Positions 50,330 to 62,599 of a stretch of DNA of 64,000 nt are shown piece by piece. Every line of letters begins with the position of its first letter. The first letter of the stretch is position 1. The notes beneath the pieces are model-generated. The model had not been told where the DNA came from, did no database searches, and saw nothing but the letters and a program-made list of their open reading frames with translations. This stretch comes from Octopus sinensis (lineage: Eukaryota): contig NC_043001.1 in the NCBI RefSeq assembly GCF_006345805.1, positions 120,900,001-120,964,000 of the forward strand, written 5' to 3'. A program made the translations under genes and the position numbers.

Positions 50330-52060
50330 ACTGGGTTTGATATAATTGACTCTCCCTGCAAATTTCTGGCCTTCTGCCTTTTCCAGGAATTAAAGGGTGG
50401 TGCATTGACAGAAACATTAGCGTATCCAGCAAAATACCCTGTGGTATTTGGTTATAGCTATGTACGTTCCAAGTTCAAATCGGGCCATGATTTTAAAAAA
50501 TCTGAATTCAGAAGGTCAAGAACCACAATAACTCATAAATCCTTTCAGCTAAAGTTCTAACAAATTCTGCCTAATAATAATAATAATGATTTCAAATTTT
50601 GGTACAAAGCCAGCAATTTCAGGGAATGGAATAAGTCAATTACGTCGACCCCAGTACTCAACTGATACTTATTCTGACGAGGATGAAAGGCAAAGTTGAC
50701 TTCAGTGGAACTGGAATTCAGAACACGAAGACAAACGAAATGCCACTAAGCATTCTGCCAGCTGGCCACCTTAATAATAATCCTTTCTACTAGAGGCACA
50801 ATGTTTGAAGTTAGAGGGTAGAGGGTTAGTCAATCACATCAACCCCAGTGCTCAACTGGTATTCATTTAATCGACACCAGAAGGATGAAAGGCAAAATCA
50901 ACCTCCATAGAATTTGAACTCAATGTAAAGATGGACAAAATGCTGTCAAGCATTTCGCCCAGTCTGCTAACAATTCTGCCAGCTCGCCTTAATAATAACA
51001 ACAATTTTGGCACAAAACTAGCAATTTTGAGAAGGAAGAAAGTCAACTACATTGATTTCATATATGACTGGTACATTATTTTATCAAATCTGAATGGATT
51101 AAAGGCTAAGCTGACCATGGCAGGATTTCATCTCAGAAGTTAAAGAGCCATAACTAAATACCACTAAGTGCTTTGTCTGACATTCTAATAACTATGCCAT
51201 TCCTAACACAGGCCTAAGGCAAGAAATTTGTGTGGGGAGACGACCCAAGTTTCCGTCTGGTACGTCATCAACCTCAGAAACAATAAAGGAAAAAAAACTG
51301 ACTGGCAGAATTTTAACACAGAATGTAAAAAAACAGAATAAATCAAAAGGCATTGCATTATTCTTCTAACAATTCTACCAAATGCTAAATGTTTCTAATT
51401 TAAGTACAAGGTCAAGAATTTTAAGTGGAGGTGGTTAGTAAATCAAATTGACCCTAGTACCTCACTGGTACTTAATTTTATTGACCTGAAGCAATTCAAG
51501 GAAATGTTTGAAAAACCAGAACAAAATTGTTAAGCATTTTGTCTGATGCTGATTCTGCCCAATAATAACACTTTCTAATATAGGCTCAAGGCCCGAGATT
51601 TGGAGAAAGAGGGCCAGTCAATTACATAGACCCCAGTCCTTATTTTATCAATCATGAAAGGATGAAAAGCAAGGGCAGTCTAGGCAGCATCTGAACTCAG
51701 AACTCAAGGACAGATGAAATACCACAAAGCATTTTGTCCAGCATGCTAACGTTTCTGCAACTAACCACTATAATAATCATCATCATCCTCATCATCATCA
51801 TCATTTAGCGTCCGCTTTCCATGCTAGCATGGGTTGGACGGTTCACCTGGGGTCTGGGAAGCCAGAAGGCTGCGCCAGGCCCAGTCTGATCTGGCAATGT
51901 TTCTACGGCTGGATGCCCTTCCTAATGCCAACATAAGTCCCAAAAGCATGAAAAGAAAAGTCAACTTTGGTGGAATATAAACTCAGAACATAAAGACAAA
52001 CAAAATGCTGCAAACCTTTTTGTCCAGCATCTTAACAATTCTCACCACCTTAAAAAGGAT
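50330..52060. mobile_element. Cluster of about seven SINE family C copies, mostly minus. Others at about 16430-16632(-), 20955-21085(+), 22270-22612(-/+), 56720-57090(-)
   Basis: Repeated aataataat...gaccccag...ggatgaaaggcaaag...gaactcagaa units. Confidence 0.8.
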
Positions 52061-52837
52061 GATAATTTTTAACTTTGACAAGTTGACATTAATATGGCAA
52101 ATGTGGAGTTGATTCAATTTGTCCCTGCATATTACTGGTATCTAATATTTTTTTAATAGAAAGAAATAAGGATTTTCATTCAGGATTCTTTTTAGTCTCT
52201 AAGACTGACAAGGTGGAGGAAATTATCCTCAGACAAGAAACTTGGCCTGAATATTCAAAACAGAATGTATTCAGCTCTAAGCACCCAAGAACCAGGTGTG
52301 GGTGTTAAGGTAACATATTAAGTATATCACCCAGGCTGTCTCTCACTTTGCCCTCTACCAAATTTCAATCACAATGGTTTTAGTAGTCAGATGCTATGGT
52401 AGAAGAAAGTGGGATCAAGACCTGAAACCATGTTGTTGTGAAATAAATACCTTAACAATAAACCCACAACAGCAGAGATGAAAGGCAAACTGAATGCCAA
52501 CAGCAAAGGGAAGTAACTTAACGCTGCAAAATACTTTAGTTCACCAGCAGCATTTCTGGTATTTTAACTGCTGTCTTTTCGTCTACGGTATTTACTACAG
52601 AAGTGCTGACGGCAGATACTAGATTTTTCTCACCACCACCCAAAATTCAACTGGATAAGAAAGAACAGGTTATTGACTAACATCTTCTCACAATGCAATG
52701 TTTGTCATCCTTTTGCTGCGTATGTAGGTATAGGCTGCCACATTGTCATTATTATCTGTTTCTGCCAGATATTGAAAGTGGATGATAAAGGTGGTGGTGG
52801 GTGCAGGTAATAGTTACGAGGAATAATATTTTATAAA

Positions 52838-52878
<41 letters not shown>

Positions 52879-53971
52879 ACATAAGTCAGTGGTTGTGTTT
52901 TCTGCTGAGAATGAGAACAGAAAGGAGGAAAGAATGTGAAGAGGAAGAAGAAGGGGAGCATGAAAGTTCTCTGCTGGTGACAAAGCAAAGAATTTCACAA
53001 GAATCTTCACACAACTTTACCAACGCTTAAGAACAAAGGTGTTTCTACACAGTCACTCGATCAGTGAGAAATAGCAGCTAAATTTCCCTCAAATCTCATT
53101 GTATTATGTTATGAAATCACATGTTACATTGAACATGATCCTAGATATAGAAAAAGACCAGTTGGTGATGGTATAGGTCTACACAATCAGGGCTGACCTG
53201 GGTTAAATTACTACTAAAACCACACCCACTATCACCCAACAAAACAAGAGTACACACACACACACACACACACACAAATCTGCTCAAACTACTCTACAAC
53301 ACAGTATTCTTATTTAATAAAGAAATCATAGTCATCATTGTTGTTATACATCTGATTTACCAATTCTGGCACAAGTTGGCTAGGTTTTCTGAAGTAGCGT
53401 TTTATGGCTAGATGCCAACCCTTTTAGTCACCACTGACAATGTGCAAGGTCAATGTACATATTCTAAAAGTGGGATGCATGTTGTATTTATGTGACAAAG
53501 AAACTTTTTAGTTAGAAGGGAAGGCAGTATTCATGACCCTTTACAAGGCCTCCAAGACAGGTATGAAGGAAAGGGTAAGGTGTCCTCAAACTGGAGACCT
53601 GACCCGAATACTTACAACAGAGTGAACCCTGTTTAAGGCGCCCATGTCCCAGGTGGTGTTAAACTGGGCAACAGAGTAAGTTCACCAGCCAAGTAGACCA
53701 TTACGGGGTTTGAACTTAGCCAGTTCAACATTCTTACAGTTCCACCAACCCTACCTTTCCTACCACCACTAGATTGGTACTTTCGTCTTTTTTAATAACC
53801 TTGAAAGGATGAAACAAATACCACAAGGCACTATTTGCTGCTCAAATCATTATCATCATCATCATTTAATGTCTGCTTTCCATGCTGGATGGTTCAACAG
53901 ACACTGGGGAATCAGAAGACTACACCAAGCTCTACTGTCTGCTTTGGCTTGATCTCTATGGCTGGATGTCC

Positions 53972-53972
<1 letters not shown>

Positions 53973-54003
<31 letters not shown>

Positions 54004-56235
54004 TTAGCGTCCGTTTTCCATGCTAGCATGGGTTGGACGGTTCTACTGGGGTCTGTGAAGCCAGAAGGCTTCATCAGGCCCAGTCAAATCTGGCAGTGTT
54101 TCTACGGCTGGATGCCCTTCCTAACGCCAACCACTCCGTGAGTGTAGTGGGTGCTTTTTACGTGCCACCCGCACTGGTGCCAGACAGAGCTGGCAAACGG
54201 CCACGAACGGATGGTGCTTTTTATGTGCCACCGGCACGAGGGCCAGGCGAGGCTGGCAACGGACACGAAACGGAGCGGTGCTGGCAACGGTCGCGAAACG
54301 GAAAGTTCTCTTACATGCCACCGGCACTGGTAACACATCTGCAATTTCCATTGATCGATTCGATTCTGATCCTCACTTGCCTCAATGGGTCTTCACAAGC
54401 AGAGTTTCGACATGCCACCGGCACTGGTAGCACATCCGCAATTTCCATTGATCGATTTCGATTCTGATCCTCACTTGCCTCAACACGTCTTCACAAGTAG
54501 AGTTTTGTGTCCCAAGAAGGGAAGGTATGCATACGTAGGCTGGCTCCATCCCATGTAGAAGGCCACGGGTTGTGGACTCACTTGTCCTGCCGGGTCTTCT
54601 CGCGCACAGCACACTTCCAGAGGTCTCGGTCTCTAGTCATTTCCTCAGTGAGACCTAAAGTTCGAAGGTCGTGCTTCACCACCTCGTCCCAGGTTTTCCT
54701 GGGTCTGCCTCTTCCACAGGTTCCCTCAACCGCTAGGGTGTGGCACTTTTTCACACAACTATCTCATCCATTCTCGCCACATGACCATACCAGCGCAAAC
54801 GTCTCTCTTGCACACCACAACTGATGCTTCTTAGGTCCAGCTTTTCTCTCAAGGTACTTACACTCTGCCGAGTGTGAGTACCGGCATTACACATCCATCG
54901 GAGCATACTGGCTTCATTTCTAGCGAGCTTACGCATATCCTCAGCAGTCACGGCCCATGTTTCACTGCCATGTAGCATGGCTGTTCGTACACACGCATCA
55001 TACAGTCTGCCTTTCACTCTGTGCGAGAGGCCTTTTGTCACCAGCAGAGGTAAGAGCTCTCTGAACTTTGCCCAAGCTATTCTTACTCTAGCAGTTACAC
55101 TTTCAGCACACCCACCCCCGCTGCTGACTTGGTCACCTAGGTAACGGAAACTATCAACTATTTCTAGTTTTTCTCCCTGGAAAGTGACGGAAGTTGGTCT
55201 CAGAGCATTTTCAGTGTTTATTGTTCCTGAGCATCTGCCACATACAAAAACCATCTTCCTAGTTAGCCTTCCTTTGACATTGCTGCATCTCTTATGTGTC
55301 CATAGCTTACACTTGGTGCATCTTATAGAGTTTCTACCTACACCTTTTCTACAGATCGAGCAGGGCCATCTACCTGAAGGTGTTTGTGATTTGTCTACCT
55401 TCCTACTGATTACGACTTTGGTTTTAGCTAGATTGACTCTGAGGCCCTTCGATTCTAATCCTTGTTTCCACACCTGAAACTTCTCCTCCAGTTCTGATAG
55501 CGACTCAGCAATTAGAGCAGGTCATCAGCATAGAGGAGCTCCCAAGGGCATCCTGTCTTGAATTCCTCCGTTATTGCCTGGAGGACTATGATAAATAGGA
55601 GGGGGCTGAGTACTGAGCCTTGGTGGACCCCTACCTCTACCCGGAATTCTTCACTGTACTCATTTCCAACCCTCACCCTACTAGCGGCGTCCCTATACAT
55701 GGCCCGCACAGCTCTCACTAACCATTCATCTATCCCTAGTTTTCTCATTGCCCACCAGATAAGGGATCGGGGGACCCTGTCGAAGGCTTTCTCCATGTCA
55801 ACAAAAGCCAGGTACAGGGGCTTATCTTTGGCTAGGTATTTCTCCTGCAGCTGCCTTACCAGGAATATAGCATCAGTAGTACTTTTCCCTGGCACAAACC
55901 CAAACTGCATCTCATCTAAACTAACTCTCTCTCTAATTAGTTGGGCTATGACCCTCTCCGTAACCTTCATCACCTGGTCCAACAGCTTGATACCTCTGTA
56001 GTTATTTGTATCTAGGGCATCACCTTTACCTTTGTAGCAGTTGACTATTATACTGCTACACCAGTCATTGGGTATGACCCCTTTGTGTATCACCTGATTA
56101 ACTATATGGGTGACTAGGCTATAGCCGACACTACCAGACATTTTGAGCATCTCTGCAGTGATTCCTGATGGGCCTGGGGCTTTCCCTGTCTTCATGCTTC
56201 TAATTGCCTTAGCTACCACAGAACTATCAACTCCC
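53973..56235 (-). mobile_element. RTE-clade LINE (family A), 5'-truncated, RT with one frameshift and long repetitive 3' UTR
   Basis: ORFs 55512-56219 (KAPGPSG, YRGIKLL, FVDMEKAFD, HQGSVLSP, YADD) and 54751-55473. UTR with internal tandem repeats ends in (GAT)n at 53973-54003. Confidence 0.96.
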
Positions 56236-57418
56236 TACAAATTTATTATAAGGTGAACAGATAAACCTAGGTTAAATCTTAATGGTTTTTATTATATAGG
56301 CTCCTGGAAGGGAGTGAAATTGGGTTTGGAACCAGCTGAAGAATCAAGCATTCATATTCTCATCAGAGATACATCTCCCCTAATCCACTAACAGTTCTGC
56401 TAATATACTACCCTAGATTACCTATTTAAGCCCTTCACTTCCTAAGGAGCATAGGCCATCATTGATTTTTCTTCACTGTTTGGCCTTGAATTATCATCAC
56501 TGCAGCTATAACTTGGCTTTTTTGTAAGGTAGGGGCGTTGGTTCTATGCAAACCCGTTTTTATCTCTGGAAAGAGGTGCTTCATAATTAGTCTGGCCTCT
56601 ATCCTTTGGCCTGTCCAGCATGAGTGGCTCTATCAGGAGTTTGTGTTCTGCTGGCATAGCTCTCGGGGCCACAACACAACACAGCATGGGTCAGACCTTG
56701 TGGTAGACTGCTCTGGATTAGTACTTTTTTAGCAACCCTGAAAGGATGAAAGGAAGAGTTGACTGCAGAGTGACTTGAACTCAGACTGTAAAAAGCCAGA
56801 ACAAAGACTGCAAGATCATCAATTCATCATTCCAATGGCTCTGCCAATTCAGTGTTGCGGCTAAACCAGTGAAATTACAGATACAATACAGAGAAGTGGG
56901 GGAGTGAGGGAAAGACAAAGAGAGAGGGGAAGAGAGAAGAATCAACACTAGTAATGGACTGATATTTTATGAATCTCAAAAGAATGATAGGCAAAGTTGA
57001 GATTGGTGGGATTTGAACAAAGAGTGCAGAGATATGGGATGATTATTGCATGGCATGCTATCTAACACTCTAATGGTCCAACCATTTTGCAGCTATTACA
57101 CCTAAATAGCTTAGGTGTAATGATCACCTTAAAAGAGAGAGAGCTGACACTCACACCCAACTAATGAGGTTGGTTCACCACTGCTAAATCAGGGTCTACA
57201 TAATTAATCAACCTTCTAGAAATAGCAGCTAAACCTCCTCCAAACAACACTGCACTGACTTACAAAACAAAAAAAGAATACATTGGACGATGTAGTTAAA
57301 GATACACTCACTGAATAAACTATGGGAGAGTCATGGAACAAATGTCTTTGATTAAAGATCTGCTCAATCAAAGTTGACTTGGGGCAACAACAACAACAAC
57401 AACCATAATTAGACTCAC

Positions 57419-57513
57419 CATACAGGCCTTCTTTTGCCTCTCATTAAGTGGTAGGAACAACGATTACTCAGAAACTTCACATCAGGTATGTTGTTATATA
57501 CACTCCAGAATTC
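57419..57513 (-). CDS. EIF4E3: EIF4E3-like coding exon, 95 nt
   Basis: Acceptor ccttgttttcccaattttcag| and donor TG|gtgagt. Encodes [31 protein letters not shown](W) (human [32 protein letters not shown]). Confidence 0.97.
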
Positions 57514-57961
57514 CTGAAAATTGGGAAAACAAGGAAAGAATTTACAACACCTTGATATTGTTGAGTGTGTGTGTACACAAATGCACACACATATTTGTGA
57601 GTGTTCATTCACATATATACATGCATCTGAATAAAGGGTTGCAAGTATTGTTCAATATCTTATATGATGATGATGAGTGTGTGTTTTCTTTTTATTTCAT
57701 TGGTGTGGTTTGGAGGAAAGAGTTCAGCCTACAGCCATCAGAAACTTTCGAACAATGATGTGAGTGATACCCTTAACACTCCTAAGAAAATACATTCTCT
57801 TAGCACAATTTCAGTTGACTGAGGTTCTTGTGAAGAAAGGATTTGGGCACAGTGGTTTGCTTGGCACCCAGTAGTAAGTGTGGTCACAATATGGGTGATA
57901 AGAGAAGTAGCAACAAGTGACTCAAGAGTGCATGAGTGCAGGTGACAGAAAAGCAGCTGGC

Positions 57962-58265
57962 TATGAGGGTGGGCTGAAAAGTTCACAATTTGACTATGAA
58001 GGAGTGATGCTAGAGCTATGAAATCTTGGATACATCAATTTCACTTTTTCTTACTTATAACTACATTGTTTATTTACAGGTAAACTGGCATTTCACTGTT
58101 CAAAATACACTTTAAAAGTAACTAATAGTAACATCTCATGAAAATTTGGCATTGTTGAGTAATCAAGTACCTGCACAAAAAGTTTAGCCCCCAAGGACAT
58201 TCATGCTGACACCACTGAGGAAAACATTGATTGTGTTTACCACATGGTAATAGATGACAGGCGAT
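57962..58265 (+). mobile_element. mariner-like 5' end remnant (second family)
   Basis: TA|tgagggtgggctgaaaagttc TIR-like start; TTEENIDCVYHMVIDDRRLT-like peptide. Confidence 0.55.
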
Positions 58266-58332
58266 TGACTATAGATAGATATATATGTGTATATAGGTAG
58301 ATATATGTATATATGTATATGTATATAAATAT

Positions 58333-58668
58333 AATATTAGAAAAAAAACACCTTTTGTCAATTCAAAATGAATAATTAAATTACACCATCTAGAAAATTA
58401 CATTTAATAGAAAAGTTAAAATTAAAATAACAATAGAAAGTAAAGATTAAGTAAATTACAAAAATAATAAAAATGTATATAATGTATATAAAATGTATAT
58501 AAATTGTATATACCTTTTATATACATTTTTATTATTTTTGTAATTTACTTAATCTTTACTTTTTATTGTTATTTTAATTTTAACTTTTCTATTAAATGTA
58601 ATTTTCTAGATGGTGTAATTTAATTATTCATTTTGAATTGATAAAAGGTGGGTTTTTTTTCTAATATT
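58333..58668. repeat. AT-rich near-perfect palindrome (about 150-bp arms)
   Basis: aatattagaaaaaaaacacc...aaaaatgtatataa versus ttatatacattttt...ggtgggttttttttctaatatt; about three differences. Confidence 0.9.
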
Positions 58669-58925
58669 TTATATTATATTATATTGTGTGGAATTTGATT
58701 TAGTATTTCTAAATTGAATTCTTTTTCCTTGTAAGTTTGGATTTTATTCCCTCAAATAATAATTACACACACACACACACACACACAAATGAGTGGACAA
58801 ATGAAAGAAAAGGGGCACTTAACACATTTATCAGGAGTTACATGTATTATCCAAAACAGTTTTGATTTGGATTCCATGCTACTTTGGATTCCCCTAACAC
58901 AGCCTGTCTCCTCGGGCATACATTA

Positions 58926-59964
58926 TTTACGTTTGATGGATATTTGTCCTTATCTTGTTTATTGTTAATATGTTTGGGTGATATACCCTCCAGCCTTCAT
59001 CAGGTGTCTTGGGAAAATTTCGAGCCTGGGTTCTCATTCCTAAGGTATTTTTCAATGTTGTTATTATTATTATTCAGGTTACTACCGGGAATCCAACTGG
59101 GAATCTTGGGGTTAGTAGCCCGTGCTCTTAACCACTACACGATATGCCCATGGGCAATTATGGAATGAATTTTAGGGCTTATAAATCTAATATTTTCTTT
59201 AGGACTTATGAAGAAAAGAGAGCATAAAACCAATAAACTGTCCACAGTCTGTGAAAGCCTCTCTGAAAAGATACAAAAGATATGTGGCCCATATGACATC
59301 AGGTCAGTATTCAAGAGTAATACAACACTTTGCAAATATCTCCTTTGAGTAAAACCACCAATAGAAGAGAATATGACTAAGAACTGCATGTACTCCATTC
59401 CATACAGCTGTGGTATGTACACAAAGGCGAAACATGCTGCCCCTCAAAATAACGGTAGAGGAACATCGCAAAGCTGTGACACAAGAAGATATTAATAAAT
59501 TGGGTATAGCTGATCATGTATGGAAAAACGGAGACCACCTCCCCCTTTGGGATGAAGTTAGAATAATAGACAGAGAACACCACTGGAAAATACGAAAACT
59601 AAAAGAAGCAGCACATGTGCTAGGACACAACAGCCTCCTAAGGAGACCAAGTGCAGATATGAGCTGCATATGGGAACCAGTATTAAGGAAGGATAGGAAA
59701 ATATTAGATTTATAAGCCCTAAAATTTACTCCATAATTGCCCATGGCATAGTGGCAAGAGCGTGGGCTACTAACCCCAAGATTCCGAGTTTGATTCCAGG
59801 CAGTGACCTGAATAATAATAATAACAACATCAAAAATTATCTTAGGAATGAGAAAACAGGTTCAAAATTTCCACAAGACACCTGATGAAGGCTGGAGGGT
59901 ATATCGGCTGAAACGTTGTGTTAACAACAAACAAGATGGGAACAAATATCCATCAAATGTAAAT
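58926..59964 (+). mobile_element. Penelope-like retroelement: inverted pLTR, GIY-YIG endonuclease remnant, pLTR
   Basis: Inverted pLTR about 58926-59200 and direct pLTR about 59700-59964. Between them a frameshifted GIY-YIG (NCMYSIPYSCG...ETCCPLKITVEEHRKAV...GIADHVW...WDEVRIIDREHHWKIRKLKEAAHV). Confidence 0.92.
59877..59922 (+). ncRNA. Minimal type I hammerhead ribozyme of a Penelope pseudo-LTR
   Basis: Stem I GACAC/GTGTT; core CTGATGA(59882-88) plus one extra A; stem II GGCTG(G)A/TCGGCT with wobbles; GAAA(59910-13); palindromic ACGT stem III; GUU triplet. Confidence 0.85.
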
Positions 59965-60799
59965 ATATATATATATATATATATACATACAAACACATAG
60001 TGTGTGTGCTCATGCATGAATAAACATAATTACAATTTGAAAATATCAAAACAAAAATGGGGATAGAAATTATTTATTCCAAGTACCATTTGAGCTTTCT
60101 GATCAATAAAGCATGACAAGTTCTACTGACATTATACAGTTTTACAATAAACCCAAAATTGTGTTTAGTAAGAGACAAGAAATACATATTGTACTGTTCT
60201 CATGCCTTTCGTAAGAGATTTAGCAGAGGAAGCAAATCATATAGGAGTTTGTTTTGGGTTTTTTTAAGGTTTAGTCAGGAAGGAAACGGATGACTACACT
60301 CATGACCTCTGTAAGACTTCTGAGACAGGTTAAGATCAATACAGTCTATGCTCAACTTCACCATCATCATCATCTATTTGATTTCCATGTTGGACAGATC
60401 ATCAGAGTCCAAGTCAGTTCATACATAGTTACTGCTCTCTTAGAAGCATCAAAGGACCGCATTCACTCATGCATTTAATTCTGAGCATATTTTCTATGGC
60501 CGAATACTCTTCCTAACAGCAACCACTTACATAATGTATGGGATGCATTTTATCAGGCAAGAGAGAGAGGTTGACATGCCCTCAGCAAGACTAAAGGTTC
60601 TTCTGGACTCTTAGTTAATATCTGAAGAAGAAAAAATGAGTAAGAGGAAATTCCAGAAGATTGATGCTCAAAGAAGGAAGTCTTGAGCAACGTGGATCTA
60701 TTTAGCTAGGGATGGTGGAGGAAAGACCACTTTTTACTCTACATGACTTGCAACAAGCAAAATGAAATGAAAATAAAATAGAAACAGGAAACTCCTTAC

Positions 60800-60872
60800 C
60801 TGAACAGTAGTGACAGTATATATCTTTTTCAAACAGCTCTCATATTCGGCAACAGTTGTGCCAGGCATTGAA
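60800..60872 (-). CDS. EIF4E3: eIF4E class III (EIF4E3-like), internal coding exon (equivalent to vertebrate exon 2), 73 nt
   Basis: Acceptor ttttcgtttttgcctcatacttag| and donor CAG|gtaagg. Encodes (x)SMPGTTVAEYESCLKKIYTVTTVQ, matching human EIF4E3 [24 protein letters not shown]. In phase with the next exon. Confidence 0.95.
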
Positions 60873-61639
60873 CTAAGTATGAGGCAAAAACGAAAAGCAA
60901 ATATTATACACTATATCAAAATAATGCAATATAGTATCTCATATTACAATGATTAATTAGTTACAATGTAAGATACATATTGATCCCTATATAACAATTT
61001 GTTTGCTGTCACATAGTGCTAATGTTGAAGTAGGAGGTTGGCAAACAACAAATATAGAGTATGTGAGTGAGTGACAGTAAGAGATGTTTTAGTTCTAATA
61101 TACTGCATTGCTTCTAATAGAGGGTATTTTCAAAAGTAAATAATTTCACATGGATATTTTCAAAAGTAAGAAAAGAATAAATTCGTTTGAATGAATGCAC
61201 TATTTTATAAAATGAACAAGTCCTCTTATCATTCTTGCTATTTAAAATGTACAAATTTCTCATATAAGTATAAGATTTTAATGTGAAGGCCGAGTATAGT
61301 TAGTTTGATCAAAGACACTAGCCAGCTTCCTGTTTTATCATCTGTGAAAGGACGAGTGCACGATGTTGCTACATGGTTGCTCGATCTGCTAGAAATAATC
61401 GTAGAATTTCCCTTAAACTACACTGATTAATGTAGTATTGAAAACGGAAAAAAAAATGGAATAGTCGTGCGTGAGACCTTTTCGACATCAATGGCCTACT
61501 CAATCAACGATAGAGAGGATGGAATGCAAAGAAGTCTACTACGAAATAGTTTAATATGCCTAAGATTTCAACTCATCTACATATTCATAATAGATGCAAT
61601 TACATAAGTGCCATATATAAATCATATATCTTATATCAC

Positions 61640-62295
61640 TCACCAAATCCTTTGTGAGCCACTCTCCGACTATCTATCTGCGGCTTTATATAGCTATGGT
61701 AAGACCTCACCTGGAATTTGCATCACCAGTCTGGAACCCCTATCTTGCCCAGGGTATCAATCGTCTGGAAGCCGTTCAGCAACTTGCAACCAAAAGAATA
61801 CCCTCCATCAGGCATTTGCCATATAGTGAACGCCTTACTTCCCTGGGCATGGACACATTGAAACTCCGACATCTGGCAGCTGACTTGGCAGACACCCATA
61901 AAATTATTAACCATCTTACAAACAATAACTCTGAGCACCTTTTCAAACTCCACCCGTCTAACACCCGTGGACATATTTACAAAGTCAGAAAACAGCACAG
62001 CTCCCATGACTTCAGGAAACATTTTTTCATGCTGAGAGTTGCTGAAGCATGGAACAGACTGCCGATATCAGTTGTTAGTTGTCGAAGCACTGCATCCTTT
62101 AAAACTTTCATGCTTTCTGAGATTCGCCAACACTACACCGGATTTTTTTCCTCTCCATACACACACAAGCATGTATCTGACTCATACATTGTTCGCTTTC
62201 CAGACATTTGTACATTACTGCATGTACTTTATATGCACTTTCTGACAAGTTGTGATGCACTTGAGCACTGTATACAATAATTTCATTATTATTAT
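61640..62295 (+). mobile_element. CR1-clade LINE 3' fragment
   Basis: ORF 61654-62280: LYIAMVRPHLEFASPVWNPY...LEAVQ...TRGH...FFMLRVAEAWNRLP. Confidence 0.92.
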
Positions 62296-62526
62296 ATATC
62301 GACTTGCACAACCATTTCAAAATTGCTGGCATTGTGCCTATGATTTTCTCTGACGATATTACATATTTTTCTAGACACTCTTCCGAGTTATCTCCCCTAC
62401 TCATTGCCACAATTGTTTTCCAATATTCCTCTGACGCTCTTATAAATAATTGTATCATTTTTTTACAACGCCATGCTTTAACAACTACAGCGATTTAACC
62501 ACGCCATACATATATACATATATAAC

Positions 62527-62580
<54 letters not shown>

Positions 62581-62599
62581 TATAAATACACATATAATA

